From an uncultured delta proteobacterium (lineage in GTDB: Bacteria > Desulfobacterota > Binatia > Binatales > Binataceae): a DNA stretch of 64,000 nucleotides. Numbering within the stretch: the first letter of the stretch is position 1; every line of letters starts with the position of its first letter. Positions 1-12,850 of the stretch are shown piece by piece. Location: contig CAVRUK010000005.1 in NCBI GenBank assembly GCA_963724395.1, forward strand, positions 211,737-275,736, given 5' to 3'. Below the pieces are notes generated by a model. That model saw nothing but the letters and a program-made list of their open reading frames with translations. It was not told the origin of the DNA and did not search any database. The position numbers and the translations under genes were made by a program.

Positions 1-4047
<4,047 letters not shown>

Positions 4048-4107
4048 CAGCTACCTCACTGTGCGTGCGCCACAAACTTCGGCGCGCCGTGAAGCAATAG
4101 AGGACGC

Positions 4108-4132
4108 GGGCGCAGGGGTCTCCCCCGTGCCC
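4108..4132 (-). terminator. Candidate rplL-rpoB intergenic attenuator hairpin
   Basis: Imperfect GC-rich hairpin in the 190-nt rplL-rpoB spacer (GGGCGCAGGGG tctc CCCCGTGCCC as written on the + strand). Its position matches the partial terminator known between rplL and rpoB in E. coli. There is no clean U tract. Confidence 0.25.
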
Positions 4133-4237
4133 ACGGCTTCATCGATAAAGACCGTTGGAAATTCCTGCACGCCGGCCAAGGCCGCGCTGCGTGAATTTCC
4201 CGATCCCTTGTTGTAAGTCAAAAAGACTAAATCCTTC

Positions 4238-4630
4238 CTACTTCAGCTCCACCGTGCCGCCCGCTGCCTCGAGCTTCTTCTTGATATCTTCGGCTTCGGC
4301 TTTGTTGACGCCTTCCTTGACCGCCTTCGGCGCGCCGTCGACCAGGTCCTTGGCCTCTTTCAGGCCGAGTCCGGTCAATTCGCGCACGACCTTGATCACC
4401 TGGATCTTCTTGTCGCCGGAGCCCGTCAGCACGACGTTGAACTCTTCCTTCTCGGGCGCCGCCGCTGCCGCACCACCGCCGGCCGCCGGAGCAGCCGCAG
4501 CCGCCACCGGAGCCGCAGCCGATACGCCGAGCTCGGTCTCGAGTTCCTTAACCAGAGCCGCTGCTTCCATCAGGCTGAGGTTCTTCAGATAATCCTTCAC
4601 CTGATCGCGGCTGAGTTGTGCTTCTGACAT
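4238..4630 (-). CDS. rplL: 50S ribosomal protein L7/L12
   Basis: 130-aa ORF with an Ala/Gly/Pro hinge ([22 protein letters not shown]) and the C-terminal domain [22 protein letters not shown]...[14 protein letters not shown]. It lies between rplJ and rpoB. Confidence 0.97.
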   Translation of the reverse strand: MSEAQLSRDQVKDYLKNLSLMEAAALVKELETELGVSAAAPVAAAAAPAAGGGAAAAAPEKEEFNVVLTGSGDKKIQVIKVVRELTGLGLKEAKDLVDGAPKAVKEGVNKAEAEDIKKKLEAAGGTVELK

Positions 4631-4767
4631 TTTACCTTCTCTCCTTGTTCACGCATCCGGGGAGATGTGGGAGCGCCCCAGAATCTTTTTTCAGTATTCG
4701 GTCCAAGGGGATCGTTTAACGTAATCATCGCGCGTGCCCCATGCACGCGACCCTCAAATTCAACTCG

Positions 4768-5379
4768 TCAGCCCTCGGGCGCCGCTGCCGTCGGCGGAGC
4801 CTCAGTCGGAGGCGCCGGTTCAGTTGGCGCCGCCGCAGGCGGAACTTCGGCAGGCGCCGCGCCGGCGCCGTTCTTCTTTCCAATCGCGTCGATCACGCGC
4901 GCCAGGTACGAGCCGGGCTCGTTGAGCAGGCGGACCAATTGGGTCGCCGGCGCATTGAGCAAGCCGAGCAACTGGCTGAAAATCACCTCGCGCGACGGCA
5001 ACGTCGCCAACGCCTGCACTTCGGCGGGCGTGAGCGCCTTGCCGTCGAGCACGGCGCCGCGCAGCTTGAGCTTCTCGCCCAACGGCCCGAACGACGTGAA
5101 GGTCTTCGCCAGGACGACCGGATCCTCGTAGCTCAGAATCAGCCCGACCTGCCCGCCGAGGTTGGTGTCGAGCGCTTCGAACCTGGTGCCCTTGATAGCG
5201 TGGCGGACCAGCGTGTTCTTCGCGATACGCATCTCGCCGCGCACGGCGCGCAGGCGCTTGCGCATCTCGGTCGATTCGGCCGCGGTCATCCCGCGGTATT
5301 CGGACACGAGCGCGATACTGGCGCGGCCGAAACTACTCGACAGATTTTCGACCAGCGCGGTTTTTTCTGATTTCTTCAT
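4768..5379 (-). CDS. rplJ: 50S ribosomal protein L10 with an Ala/Pro-rich C-terminal tail
   Basis: 203-aa ORF starting MKKSEKTALVENLSSSFGRASIALVSEYRGMTAAESTEMRKRLR, in the canonical position upstream of rplL. The last ~35 residues are low-complexity A/P/E/T. Confidence 0.93.
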   Translation of the reverse strand: MKKSEKTALVENLSSSFGRASIALVSEYRGMTAAESTEMRKRLRAVRGEMRIAKNTLVRHAIKGTRFEALDTNLGGQVGLILSYEDPVVLAKTFTSFGPLGEKLKLRGAVLDGKALTPAEVQALATLPSREVIFSQLLGLLNAPATQLVRLLNEPGSYLARVIDAIGKKNGAGAAPAEVPPAAAPTEPAPPTEAPPTAAAPEG

Positions 5380-5426
5380 CTAATATACCGATCCAGCTCC
5401 GACGAACGAAAAACCCATCATCATAC

Positions 5427-6141
5427 TTATGCTGCCGCCGCGAGCGCCTTGGGCGCCGCCACCGCCGTATCGACGCGGACTCCCGGGCCCATGGTCGAGG
5501 ACAGCGCGACGCTGCGAACGTAATTGCCCTTGGCGCTGGCCGGCTTGGAGCGAACGATCGCACCGAGCAGCGCGCGCACGTTGTCGAGCAGCTTCTGACT
5601 CGCCGAAACTCAGCTTGCCGACGCGCGCGTGCACGACGCCCGCCTTGTCGACGCGGTAATCGACCTTACCGGCCTTGATTTCGGCGACGGCTTTGGCGAC
5701 GTCGAAGGTAACGGTGCCGACTTTCGGATTGGGCATCAGGCCGCGCGGTCCGAGAATTTTGCCGATACGTCCGACCTGGCCCATCATGTCGGGCGTGGCA
5801 ATGACGCGGTCGAAGTCGAGCCAGTTCTCTTCCTGTATTTTCTTAATGATGTCGTCGCCGCCGACGAAGTCTGCGCCCGCTTCGCGCGCCTCGCGCTCTT
5901 TCTCGCCCTTGGCGACTACCAGCACGCGCGCGGTCGAACCGGTGCCGTGCGGCAGCACGATCGTGCCGCGGACGTTCTGATCGGCCTGGCGCGGATCGAC
6001 GCCGAGCCGCACGGCAATCTCGACCGTCTCGTCGAACTTGGCGACCTTGTTGTCGACCACCAGCTTGACGGCTTCTTCGAGCGAGTAGCGCTTTTCGCGA
6101 TCGATTTTTTTGAGCGCTTCCTTATATTTCTTGCCTGCCAT
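5427..6141 (-). CDS. rplA: 50S ribosomal protein L1, with a single-base frame break near 5598
   Basis: [14 protein letters not shown]...[10 protein letters not shown]...[15 protein letters not shown] is typical L1. After ...[10 protein letters not shown] the ORF-track frame becomes Arg/Gln-rich nonsense. Another frame continues [43 protein letters not shown]...KALAAAA to TAA at 5427-5429. The total length of 715 nt equals 3n+1. Confidence 0.9.
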
Positions 6142-6166
6142 TCTTTTTAGATCCTTTTTTTGACCA

Positions 6167-6592
6167 TCAGTCGGTGACTTCGATTCCCATGCTGCGGGCG
6201 GTCCCCGACACCGTGTTTACGGCGGCGGCGAGGTCGGCCGCAGTCAGGTCCTTGAGCTTGGTCTTGGCGATTTCCTCGACCTGCGCGCGCGTGACCTTGC
6301 CGACCTTGTTCTTGTTGGGCATCGGCGAGCCTTTTTCGATTCCCGCCGCGCGCAGCAGCAGGATCGATGCGGGCGGACTCTTGGTGACGAAGGTGAACGA
6401 GCGGTCGGCATAGACGGTGACGATCACCGGGATGACGAGGCCCTGCATGTTCTGGGTCTGCGCGTTGAAGGCCTTGCAGAACTCCATGATATTGACGCCG
6501 CGCTGGCCGAGCGCGGGTCCCACCGGCGGCGACGGATTGGCCGCGCCGGCTGGAATCTGCAGCTTGATCGATCCGACTACTTTCTTAGCCAC
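6167..6592 (-). CDS. rplK: 50S ribosomal protein L11
   Basis: 141-aa ORF: [44 protein letters not shown], the canonical L11 N-terminus. Confidence 0.97.
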   Translation of the reverse strand: MAKKVVGSIKLQIPAGAANPSPPVGPALGQRGVNIMEFCKAFNAQTQNMQGLVIPVIVTVYADRSFTFVTKSPPASILLLRAAGIEKGSPMPNKNKVGKVTRAQVEEIAKTKLKDLTAADLAAAVNTVSGTARSMGIEVTD

Positions 6593-6677
6593 TTTAAATC
6601 CGTTCCTGGTTGCTCAAGTCGCGAACGCCGCCCGCGCGCATCGGATGCATGCTTGACGGCGAATCGATTGTTTCGTT

Positions 6678-7259
6678 TCAGGCCTTCTCTACCTGCACAA
6701 AGTCCAGCTCGACCGGAGTTGCGCGGCCGAAGATCGAAATGAGAACACGCACCTTGCCCTTCTCCGGCTTGACTTCCTCGACGGTGCCGTTGAAGTCCTG
6801 GAACGGGCCGTCGACGACTTTGATCGCCTCGCCGACTTCGAACAGCACTTTGGGCTTGGGCCGCAGCGCGCCCTCTTCCATCTGCTGCTCGATTTCCGCA
6901 ACTTCGGAAATCGGCACTTCGGGCGGATTGGTCGAATGCCCGACGAAGCCGGTGATTTTCGGCGTGTCCTTGATCACGTGCCAGGTCTCGTCGTCGAGCA
7001 CCATCTGCACGAAAATGTAGCCGGGGAAAAATTTGCGGCTCGAAACCTTGCGCGCGCCGCCCTTGCCGAGTTCCTGCACGCGCTCGATCGGCACCAGCAC
7101 CTTGCCGATTTTCTCTTCCTTGTGCAGCGAGCGCACCCGCTCCTCGAGCGCGGCCTTGGCCTTGTGCTCGTAGCCCGAGTAGGTATGGACGATATACCAC
7201 TTCATCGCGGGCTTGGCGGTTTCGGTGGTCGGTTCAGTCATTTGGCTATCGGCGGTCAT
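6678..7259 (-). CDS. nusG: Transcription termination/antitermination factor NusG
   Basis: 193-aa ORF with an NGN domain (KWYIVHTYSGYEHKAK) and a KOW motif (GEAIKVVDGPFQDFNGTVEEV), in secE-nusG-rplK synteny. Confidence 0.96.
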   Translation of the reverse strand: MTADSQMTEPTTETAKPAMKWYIVHTYSGYEHKAKAALEERVRSLHKEEKIGKVLVPIERVQELGKGGARKVSSRKFFPGYIFVQMVLDDETWHVIKDTPKITGFVGHSTNPPEVPISEVAEIEQQMEEGALRPKPKVLFEVGEAIKVVDGPFQDFNGTVEEVKPEKGKVRVLISIFGRATPVELDFVQVEKA

Positions 7260-7277
7260 GGATCCGTTCGTTAATGT

Positions 7278-7481
7278 CTAGCGGAGCAGCATCTGCACGC
7301 CGCGCACCGCGAAAAAATCGATCACTCCGAGCCACAAAGCCATCACAAACGCCAGACCGACAACCACAATCGTGGCCTGCATGGTTTCCTTGGGCGAGGG
7401 GTAATGGACCTTGGCAAGCTCCGTCCATGCTTCCGAGACGAAACTTACGCCCTGATTGAAGTAACTTTTCAGACTATTCAT
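7278..7481 (-). CDS. secE: Preprotein translocase subunit SecE
   Basis: 67-aa ORF with a single C-terminal TM helix (TIVVVGLAFVMALWLGVIDFF), located between tRNA-Trp and nusG. Confidence 0.85.
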   Translation of the reverse strand: MNSLKSYFNQGVSFVSEAWTELAKVHYPSPKETMQATIVVVGLAFVMALWLGVIDFFAVRGVQMLLR

Positions 7482-7527
7482 TTTTCGTGCCTAAATCAAG
7501 AACCACGTGATTAATCCGTCTAATGTT

Positions 7528-7604
7528 TGGCGGGCCAGCCAGGGGTCGAACCTGGAACCCTCGGATTTGGAGTCCGATGCTCTGCCAATTGGAGCTACTG
7601 ACCC
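7528..7604 (-). tRNA. tRNA-Trp (anticodon CCA)
   Basis: Reverse complement reads GGGTCAGTAGCTCCAATTGGCAGAGCATCGGACTCCAAATCCGAGGGTTCCAGGTTCGACCCCTGGCTGGCCCGCCA. The acceptor stem pairs, the anticodon stem-loop is TCGGA-CTCCAAA-TCCGA, the T loop is GGTTCGA, and CCA is encoded. Confidence 0.93.
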
Positions 7605-7653
7605 GTTCTTTTCAGTACTGCAGAGCATCCAGCATGTGCCGGCACTCTACTGA

Positions 7654-7809
7654 TTAAGTAATTTTGCCTTCTTTGTGCACGGTATGCGAGCGGCATCGCG
7701 GACAGAATTTCTTGATCGAAAATTTGTCGGTCTGCGTCTTCTTGTTCTTGGTGGTCGTGTAGTTGCGCGACTTGCAGGTGTCGCACGAAAGCGAAATCAG
7801 ATCTCTCAT
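7654..7809 (-). CDS. rpmG: 50S ribosomal protein L33
   Basis: [51 protein letters not shown] (51 aa) carries the CxxC...CxxC zinc ribbon of L33. It is the terminal part of ORF-track entry 7654-8265, whose upstream part merely reads through tRNA genes. Confidence 0.93.
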   Translation of the reverse strand: MRDLISLSCDTCKSRNYTTTKNKKTQTDKFSIKKFCPRCRSHTVHKEGKIT

Positions 7810-7877
7810 TATATATCGCCTCGAAAAAAGTACTTCGCCTCGAAAAATCTCGCCATCCGGTCCGCTCAAATTTGGAA

Positions 7878-7950
<73 letters not shown>

Positions 7951-8023
7951 ATCGGCAAACTGCTCAACCGGACCAATCGACATCCACCAAAAAACTCGCC
8001 GCCTCTTCCCGTCACGGATCGTC

Positions 8024-8099
8024 TGGAGCGGGAAACGGGACTCGAACCCGCGACCCCGAGCTTGGAAGGCTCGCGCTCTACCAACTGAGCTATTCCCGC
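8024..8099 (-). tRNA. tRNA-Gly (anticodon UCC)
   Basis: Reverse complement reads GCGGGAATAGCTCAGTTGGTAGAGCGCGAGCCTTCCAAGCTCGGGGTCGCGGGTTCGAGTCCCGTTTCCCGCTCCA. The anticodon loop is CTTCCAA and CCA is encoded. Confidence 0.92.
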
Positions 8100-8125
8100 T
8101 CTCTCCGTCGAACTCATTATTATAC

Positions 8126-8211
<86 letters not shown>

Positions 8212-8234
8212 TCCCAAGGCTATCGTGCCGACCA

Positions 8235-8306
8235 AGCCGATGGCGAGAATCGAACTCGCAACCACCTGATTACAAATCAGGTGCTCTACCGTTGAGCTAC
8301 ATCGGC
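8235..8306 (-). tRNA. tRNA-Thr (anticodon UGU)
   Basis: Reverse complement reads GCCGATGTAGCTCAACGGTAGAGCACCTGATTTGTAATCAGGTGGTTGCGAGTTCGATTCTCGCCATCGGCT. The anticodon stem-loop is CCTGA-TTTGTAA-TCAGG. Confidence 0.9.
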
Positions 8307-8325
8307 AAACGACGTTAAGAAAGAA

Positions 8326-8354
8326 AAGCTATTCGCCGCGGTAGCGACTGTCAA
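8326..8354 (-). promoter_or_regulatory. Candidate sigma70-type promoter of the tRNA-rpmG-secE-nusG transcription unit
   Basis: On the minus strand: TTGACA (8354-8349), a 17-nt spacer, then TAGCTT (8331-8326). The site lies about 20 nt upstream of the 5' end of tRNA-Thr(UGU). Confidence 0.35.
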
Positions 8355-8541
8355 GCTAAACGGGGTCTGGGGGGTCTGCTTCTTGCATTCCGCGGGCCTG
8401 ATTCGCCACGCAATGCGCGCCCTCGCGGCAGAGCGAGAGCAGTGCCAGCGCAGCCTGTAGATTCTACAATCGCGTTTGGAAAACTGCGCATCGAGGTAAC
8501 GCAGGTAACAAACCAAATCTTGCGGGCGTGGGGGGGAATCC

Positions 8542-8931
8542 GTGAAAGTGATCCTCATGCCAAAAGCCAAACCATCCAGTAGCACTCTGATGGACCTCGA
8601 ATGGGCCAGAGTTTACGCGGACCGTATCAAAGATGAGCTAAAGCTGATCGCCAAGACACTGTCGGACCTCAACGCCCATGCGATGCATCCGCATCTCGTC
8701 AAGGGCGCGGTGCTGCTGAAAGCGCAGATGAAGGAAGCCAGTCAGCAGGTCGGCGGGATGAGAAAAATCGCGAGCCAGTACGAATCCAACTGGATGAGCA
8801 CGATCAAGAAGGCGCTCGAGCGGAAGTATCCTGGCTTCAACGAGGGCAAACCGGCGCGCGCCAAGCCGGCGGCCAAAAAATCCGCGAAGAAGAAATCGCG
8901 GCCAGCACGACGGCCCTCGCCACTAGCCTGA
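8542..8931 (+). CDS. Hypothetical protein with a Lys/Ala/Arg-rich C-terminal tail
   Basis: 129-aa ORF with coding-like composition and predicted helices (DRIKDELKLIAKTLSDL, LLKAQMKEASQQVGG). The tail is KPARAKPAAKKSAKKKSRPARR. No family was recognised. It converges on rlmB. Confidence 0.5.
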   Translation: MKVILMPKAKPSSSTLMDLEWARVYADRIKDELKLIAKTLSDLNAHAMHPHLVKGAVLLKAQMKEASQQVGGMRKIASQYESNWMSTIKKALERKYPGFNEGKPARAKPAAKKSAKKKSRPARRPSPLA

Positions 8932-9834
8932 ATTCTTCGCAGTAGCGCGGCGGCGGGCGATTTCGAACAGCGCGACGGCGGCGGCGACCGACACGTTGAG
9001 CGAGCCGACTTTGCCGCGCATCGGGATGTCCACGACGAAGTCCGCGCCCTTCTTCACGATGTCGCGAACGCCGCGCCCCTCGGAACCGACGATGATCGCG
9101 AGCTTGCGCGAGGTGTCGAGCGCGTAGATCGACGTGTCGCCGCCGGGTGCGAGCGCCGCCGTCCAGTAGCCCGCCTCCTTGAGCTGCTCGATAGTGCGCG
9201 CGACGTTGCCGCATCGCGCGATCTTCAGATGTATCCACGCACCGGCCGACGACTTGACCGCCGCGGGCGTAATGGCCGCGGTGCGGTCCTTCGCGATAAC
9301 GATCGCGCCGACGCCGGCGCCTTCCGCCGAGCGCATCAGGGCGCCCAGGTTGCGCGGATCGGTGACGCCGTCCACCAGCACGATGGGGTCGGGCTGCGCG
9401 GCGAGAATCTGCTCGAGCGGCGTGTACTCGTACTCGCGCATCAGGGCCGCAATCCCCTGGTGGCGCGCGGTGGGGCCCGCCAGCCGCTCCAGGCCGGCGT
9501 CATCGGCGAACTCGACGCGGCCGCCGCCGGTTCTGACGAGATCGATCTCGGCGGCGAAGCGCCGCTCGTCGCCGGATTTCACGTAGAGTACTCGAATCGA
9601 GGCGGGCGCCGCCGCGACCAGCTCGCGGATCGGCTCGACGCCGTAAACTATTTCGCGATCGTTGCCGCTCGCGCGCCGAGTCTCGCGCTCACCCGCATCC
9701 GCACGCCGATAGTCGCGCGCAGGGGGCGGCGCGGCCGCCGGTTTGGCAGGTGACGCGGGCGAATTGCGGCGCGGCGGACGCGGTGCGTTGCGGTTGAAGC
9801 GCGGATTGCGGTCCTTGTCGCGAAAGTCTCTCAT
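8923..9834 (-). CDS. rlmB: TrmH/SpoU-family rRNA 2'-O-methyltransferase (RlmB-like)
   Basis: Contains a substrate-binding N-domain (IVYGVEPIRELVAAAP..IRVLYV) and SpoU motifs (VDGVTDPRNLGALMRSAEGAGV, IIVGSEGRGVR, GKVGSLNVSVAAAVALFE). The start is taken at MRDFRDK (9834). The ORF stays open to 9981. Confidence 0.8.
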   Translation of the reverse strand: MRDFRDKDRNPRFNRNAPRPPRRNSPASPAKPAAAPPPARDYRRADAGERETRRASGNDREIVYGVEPIRELVAAAPASIRVLYVKSGDERRFAAEIDLVRTGGGRVEFADDAGLERLAGPTARHQGIAALMREYEYTPLEQILAAQPDPIVLVDGVTDPRNLGALMRSAEGAGVGAIVIAKDRTAAITPAAVKSSAGAWIHLKIARCGNVARTIEQLKEAGYWTAALAPGGDTSIYALDTSRKLAIIVGSEGRGVRDIVKKGADFVVDIPMRGKVGSLNVSVAAAVALFEIARRRATAKNSG

Positions 9835-9968
9835 CGTGGGCGATAGTATCAGAGCGTCGCGCAAGTAGCGTCGCAGTCCGCGATCGTAAGAAAATCGAAA
9901 GGCAAGTTTCAATCGCGCGGCCGGGATGTCTAAACTTGAACGCGACACTTGGCCGGCGCGATCAAACA

Positions 9969-11161
9969 ATGAGACTCGCAATCCCAGGCTTTGCCATTAT
10001 CGACCGCTACGTCGCGCGCGAAGTGCTGGCGCCGTTCGCCGTCGACGTCGGCCTGCTGACCTTCGCGCTGGTCACCGGCAAGTTGCTCAAGCTGATGGAC
10101 ATGGTCGTCAATCACGGCGTCAGCCTCGGCGAAGTGGTCGGGATCATCGGGTACATCATGCCGGCCTTCCTGGAACTCACGTTTCCGATGGCGGTGCTGC
10201 TCGGCGTGCTGATGGGATTCGGGCGGATGTCGAGCGACCAGGAGATGACCGCGGCGCGCGCGTGCGGCGTCAGCCTGTATCGGCTGGCGGTGCCGGTGAT
10301 GATGGTGGCGCTGGGCGTGTACGCGCTTTCGAGCTACTTCGCGTTCTCGCTGCGGCCGTGGGCGAATTCCAATCTGCGCAACAAGCTCTACGAACTCAGC
10401 CAGACCCGGACCAGCGCCGGGATGAAGGAAAAAATCTTCAACAGCAATTTCCCCGGGCTGGTCGTTTATGTCGACGAGATGTCCGATACCGATTCCAGTT
10501 TGAAGGGCGTCATGATCTCGGACGCGCGCGATCCGCATAACCAGAACACGATAATCGCCAAGCGTGGCGACGATGCTGCCCGACCCGAAGAACAAGTCGA
10601 TCACGCTGCGGCTGTTCGACGGTTCGATCTTCGGCGTCGAGCCGGCCAGACAACGCGACTCACGTGACCAGCTTCAAGACCTACGATCTCAGCGTCAATC
10701 CCGAGGAGGCGCTCGGCGTCAGCGACGAGGATCCGGGCGAGATGACTTACACGGCACTGCGCGCCGATATCAAGGCGGCGCGCGCCAAGGGCAAACCCGA
10801 CTACGACGCCGAGACCGAGATGGCGAGCAAGTTCACCGTCCCGTTCGCCACGATGCTGTTCGCGCTGCTCGGCATCTCGCTCGGACTCAAGCCGGCGCGC
10901 GGCGGCCATTCGGAGCGCTTCGGCGTCAGCGTCGCGCTGTTCTTTCTCTACTACTCGCTGATGCGCGTGGGCGAGACACTGGCGCAGCGCGGCAAGCTCG
11001 ACTCGTGGGTCGCGATGAGCATCCCGGACGTCGTGTTCATGGCGCTGGCGTTCTGGTTCTTCTATCGCGCCGCGTCCGACAAGGGCGACCAGGGCCGCGG
11101 CCCCGGCGACATCATCTGGGATCTCGTCGAGCGCTACGAACGCAGCAGGCAGGCCGCATGA
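9969..11161 (+). CDS. lptF: LPS export ABC permease LptF (YjgP/YjgQ family), with two single-base frame breaks (about 10567 and about 10645)
   Basis: MRLAIPGFAIIDRYVAREVLAPF... continues across three ORF-track frames: 9936-10667, then TMLPDPKNKSITLRLFDGSIFGVEPA from 10564, then VTSFKTYDLSVNPEE...FTVPFATMLFALLGISLG from 10664. The gene ends 4 nt into lptG. Confidence 0.85.
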
Positions 11162-12258
11162 GACTTCGGCCGCGCCTGTCGCCGGTGATGGACCGCTTTA
11201 TCGCGGGCCAGTTCTTCGGCCCGTTCATGGTCTGCCTGGCGGCCTTCACGGCGGCCTATCTGCTCGGCGACATGTTCGATCGATTCGACGATTTGATCCG
11301 TTACGGCGGGCTGGGACTATTGGGCCTCGAGTACTTCGCGCTCAAACTTCCCCTGATCGTCTCGCAGGTCCTGCCGGTGGCGTGCCTGGCCGGCGTGCTG
11401 CTCGGCTTCGCGCTGCTCAATCGATCGGGAGAGGTGCTCGCCTGCCAGCAACTCGGCATCAGCCGGCTCGAGATGGCGGTGCCGGTACTGCTGGTCGCAA
11501 TATTGATTTCGGGTTTTGATTTTCTCATCAGCGAAACGGTGGTTCCTGCCGCGACCCGCGAATCGAAATATATCTACGCGGTGGAACTCAAGAAGCATCA
11601 GCTGAGGGCGGTCTTCGCCAACCGGCGCATCTGGGTGCGGGTGCGCGACGGATTCGTCTCGGTCGACAGCTTCGACAAGAAAGACTCGCAACTCTCCGGC
11701 ATCACCCACTACCAACTCGACGACGATTTCGGCCTCAAGGATCTCGTGCATGCGACGGGCGCGAAATGGAACGGTCACGCCTGGGTTGCGAGCGGCTTGA
11801 ATTCGTTCCAGGTCGCCGAGGGCGGCGCGGTGACAATGACTGATGCCGCGCGCTTGGACCTCGGACTGACGCCCGCCGATTTCGGCCTGCTGCGCTTCGA
11901 CCCCGAGGAGTTCAGCCTGTGGGAGCTCGACCGCTACATCGCGGATCTGCGCAGCAAGGGACTCGACCCGGGTGGCTACGTGGTCGATCGCGACCTTAAG
12001 TACGCGATGCCGCTGGCGTGCCTGATAATGACCGCGCTCGGGATGGCGCTCAGCCTCGATCCGCTGCCGCGCAACCTGAGCCTCGGGCGCAGTTTCGGGC
12101 TGGCAATCGTCATCGGCTTCGCCTACTGGACCTCCCTCGGAATAACGTCAGCGCTGGGCCGTTCGGGCCTGCTGCCCCCGCCAGTAGCCGCATGGATTCC
12201 AAATTTCATGTTCGCGATGATCGCGATCTCGATATTTTTGTTTGGGGAAGAACGCTGA
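11158..12258 (+). CDS. lptG: LPS export ABC permease LptG (YjgP/YjgQ family)
   Basis: MRLRPRLSPVMDRFIAGQFFGPFMVCLAAFTAAYLLGDMFDRFDDL... with six predicted TM segments and a central periplasmic domain. There is an ATGA overlap with lptF. It is the in-frame tail of ORF 10564-12258. Confidence 0.88.
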   Translation: MRLRPRLSPVMDRFIAGQFFGPFMVCLAAFTAAYLLGDMFDRFDDLIRYGGLGLLGLEYFALKLPLIVSQVLPVACLAGVLLGFALLNRSGEVLACQQLGISRLEMAVPVLLVAILISGFDFLISETVVPAATRESKYIYAVELKKHQLRAVFANRRIWVRVRDGFVSVDSFDKKDSQLSGITHYQLDDDFGLKDLVHATGAKWNGHAWVASGLNSFQVAEGGAVTMTDAARLDLGLTPADFGLLRFDPEEFSLWELDRYIADLRSKGLDPGGYVVDRDLKYAMPLACLIMTALGMALSLDPLPRNLSLGRSFGLAIVIGFAYWTSLGITSALGRSGLLPPPVAAWIPNFMFAMIAISIFLFGEER

Positions 12259-12266
12259 CCGTGCAA

Positions 12267-12818
12267 TCAAGCGCGGTTGAGGGCGGCGCGGGCGCGCGCG
12301 ACGATTTCCTCTACGACTGACGTCTTGGCGTCGGCGTAGTCCTGCACGTACTTCCAGGTCTGTTTTGCGAGCTCCCGCTTGGTGCGCTCGTAAAGTTCGC
12401 GGTCCGCATCGTTGCTGCGCAGCCAGTCGCGGAACATGAGCATCTTGTCCATCTCGGGACATCCGAACGTGTACACGTGAAGATTGATGTCCGTGTCGGG
12501 GCCTTTGAACAGCCGATGCTGATGCCATTGCGGCTCGCGGATGCGGAGCACGTATCCTGCCGAGGCCATCGCGGGCACGTACGCCGGCTCGTCAGCGGAA
12601 TCCGCGACCGCGAGCAGCATGTCGATGATGGGCTTGGCGGCGAGTCCCGGCACCGATGTCGATCCGGCGTGCTCGAGCATCAGGACGCGCTCGCCGAGCG
12701 TCGCGCGAACCCGCTTCGCCTCTCGCTCGAACAGCGCAGGCCACTCGGCGTTGTACTCGATCAACTCAATCGGTGCGTTATGCACTCGCATAACGCCGCC
12801 GACATGCGCCGCCCGCAT
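12267..12818 (-). CDS. GrpB-family (UPF0157) protein
   Basis: IELIEYNAEWPALFEREAKRVRATLGERVLMLEHAGSTSVPGLAAKPIIDMLLAV...INLHVY resembles GrpB nucleotidyltransferase-fold proteins. Candidate starts are at 12818 or 12791. The longer ORF overlaps moaA. Confidence 0.7.
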   Translation of the reverse strand: MRAAHVGGVMRVHNAPIELIEYNAEWPALFEREAKRVRATLGERVLMLEHAGSTSVPGLAAKPIIDMLLAVADSADEPAYVPAMASAGYVLRIREPQWHQHRLFKGPDTDINLHVYTFGCPEMDKMLMFRDWLRSNDADRELYERTKRELAKQTWKYVQDYADAKTSVVEEIVARARAALNRA

Positions 12819-12850
12819 CTGTTCTTCGGTAGCCACGTGCGTCGGCGGTT

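Noticed and set aside
4731-4749. 7-bp GC hairpin (CGCGTGC-cccat-GCACGCG) between rplJ and rplL as a terminator
   Set aside because: No U tract follows on the transcribed (minus) strand, and rplJ-rplL are co-transcribed in all studied bacteria. It is at most an RNA-processing or stability element, which cannot be supported from sequence alone.
7810-7877. Possible tuf remnant between tRNA-Thr(GGU) and rpmG
   Set aside because: The gap is only 68 nt and shows no EF-Tu-like coding fragment in any frame.
10564-11157. N-terminal part of the 564-aa ORF 10564-12258
   Set aside because: Only a short stretch (TMLPDPKNKSITLRLFDGSIFGVEPA) is genuine LptF sequence, exposed by a frameshift. The rest is out-of-frame read-through until the real lptG start at 11158.
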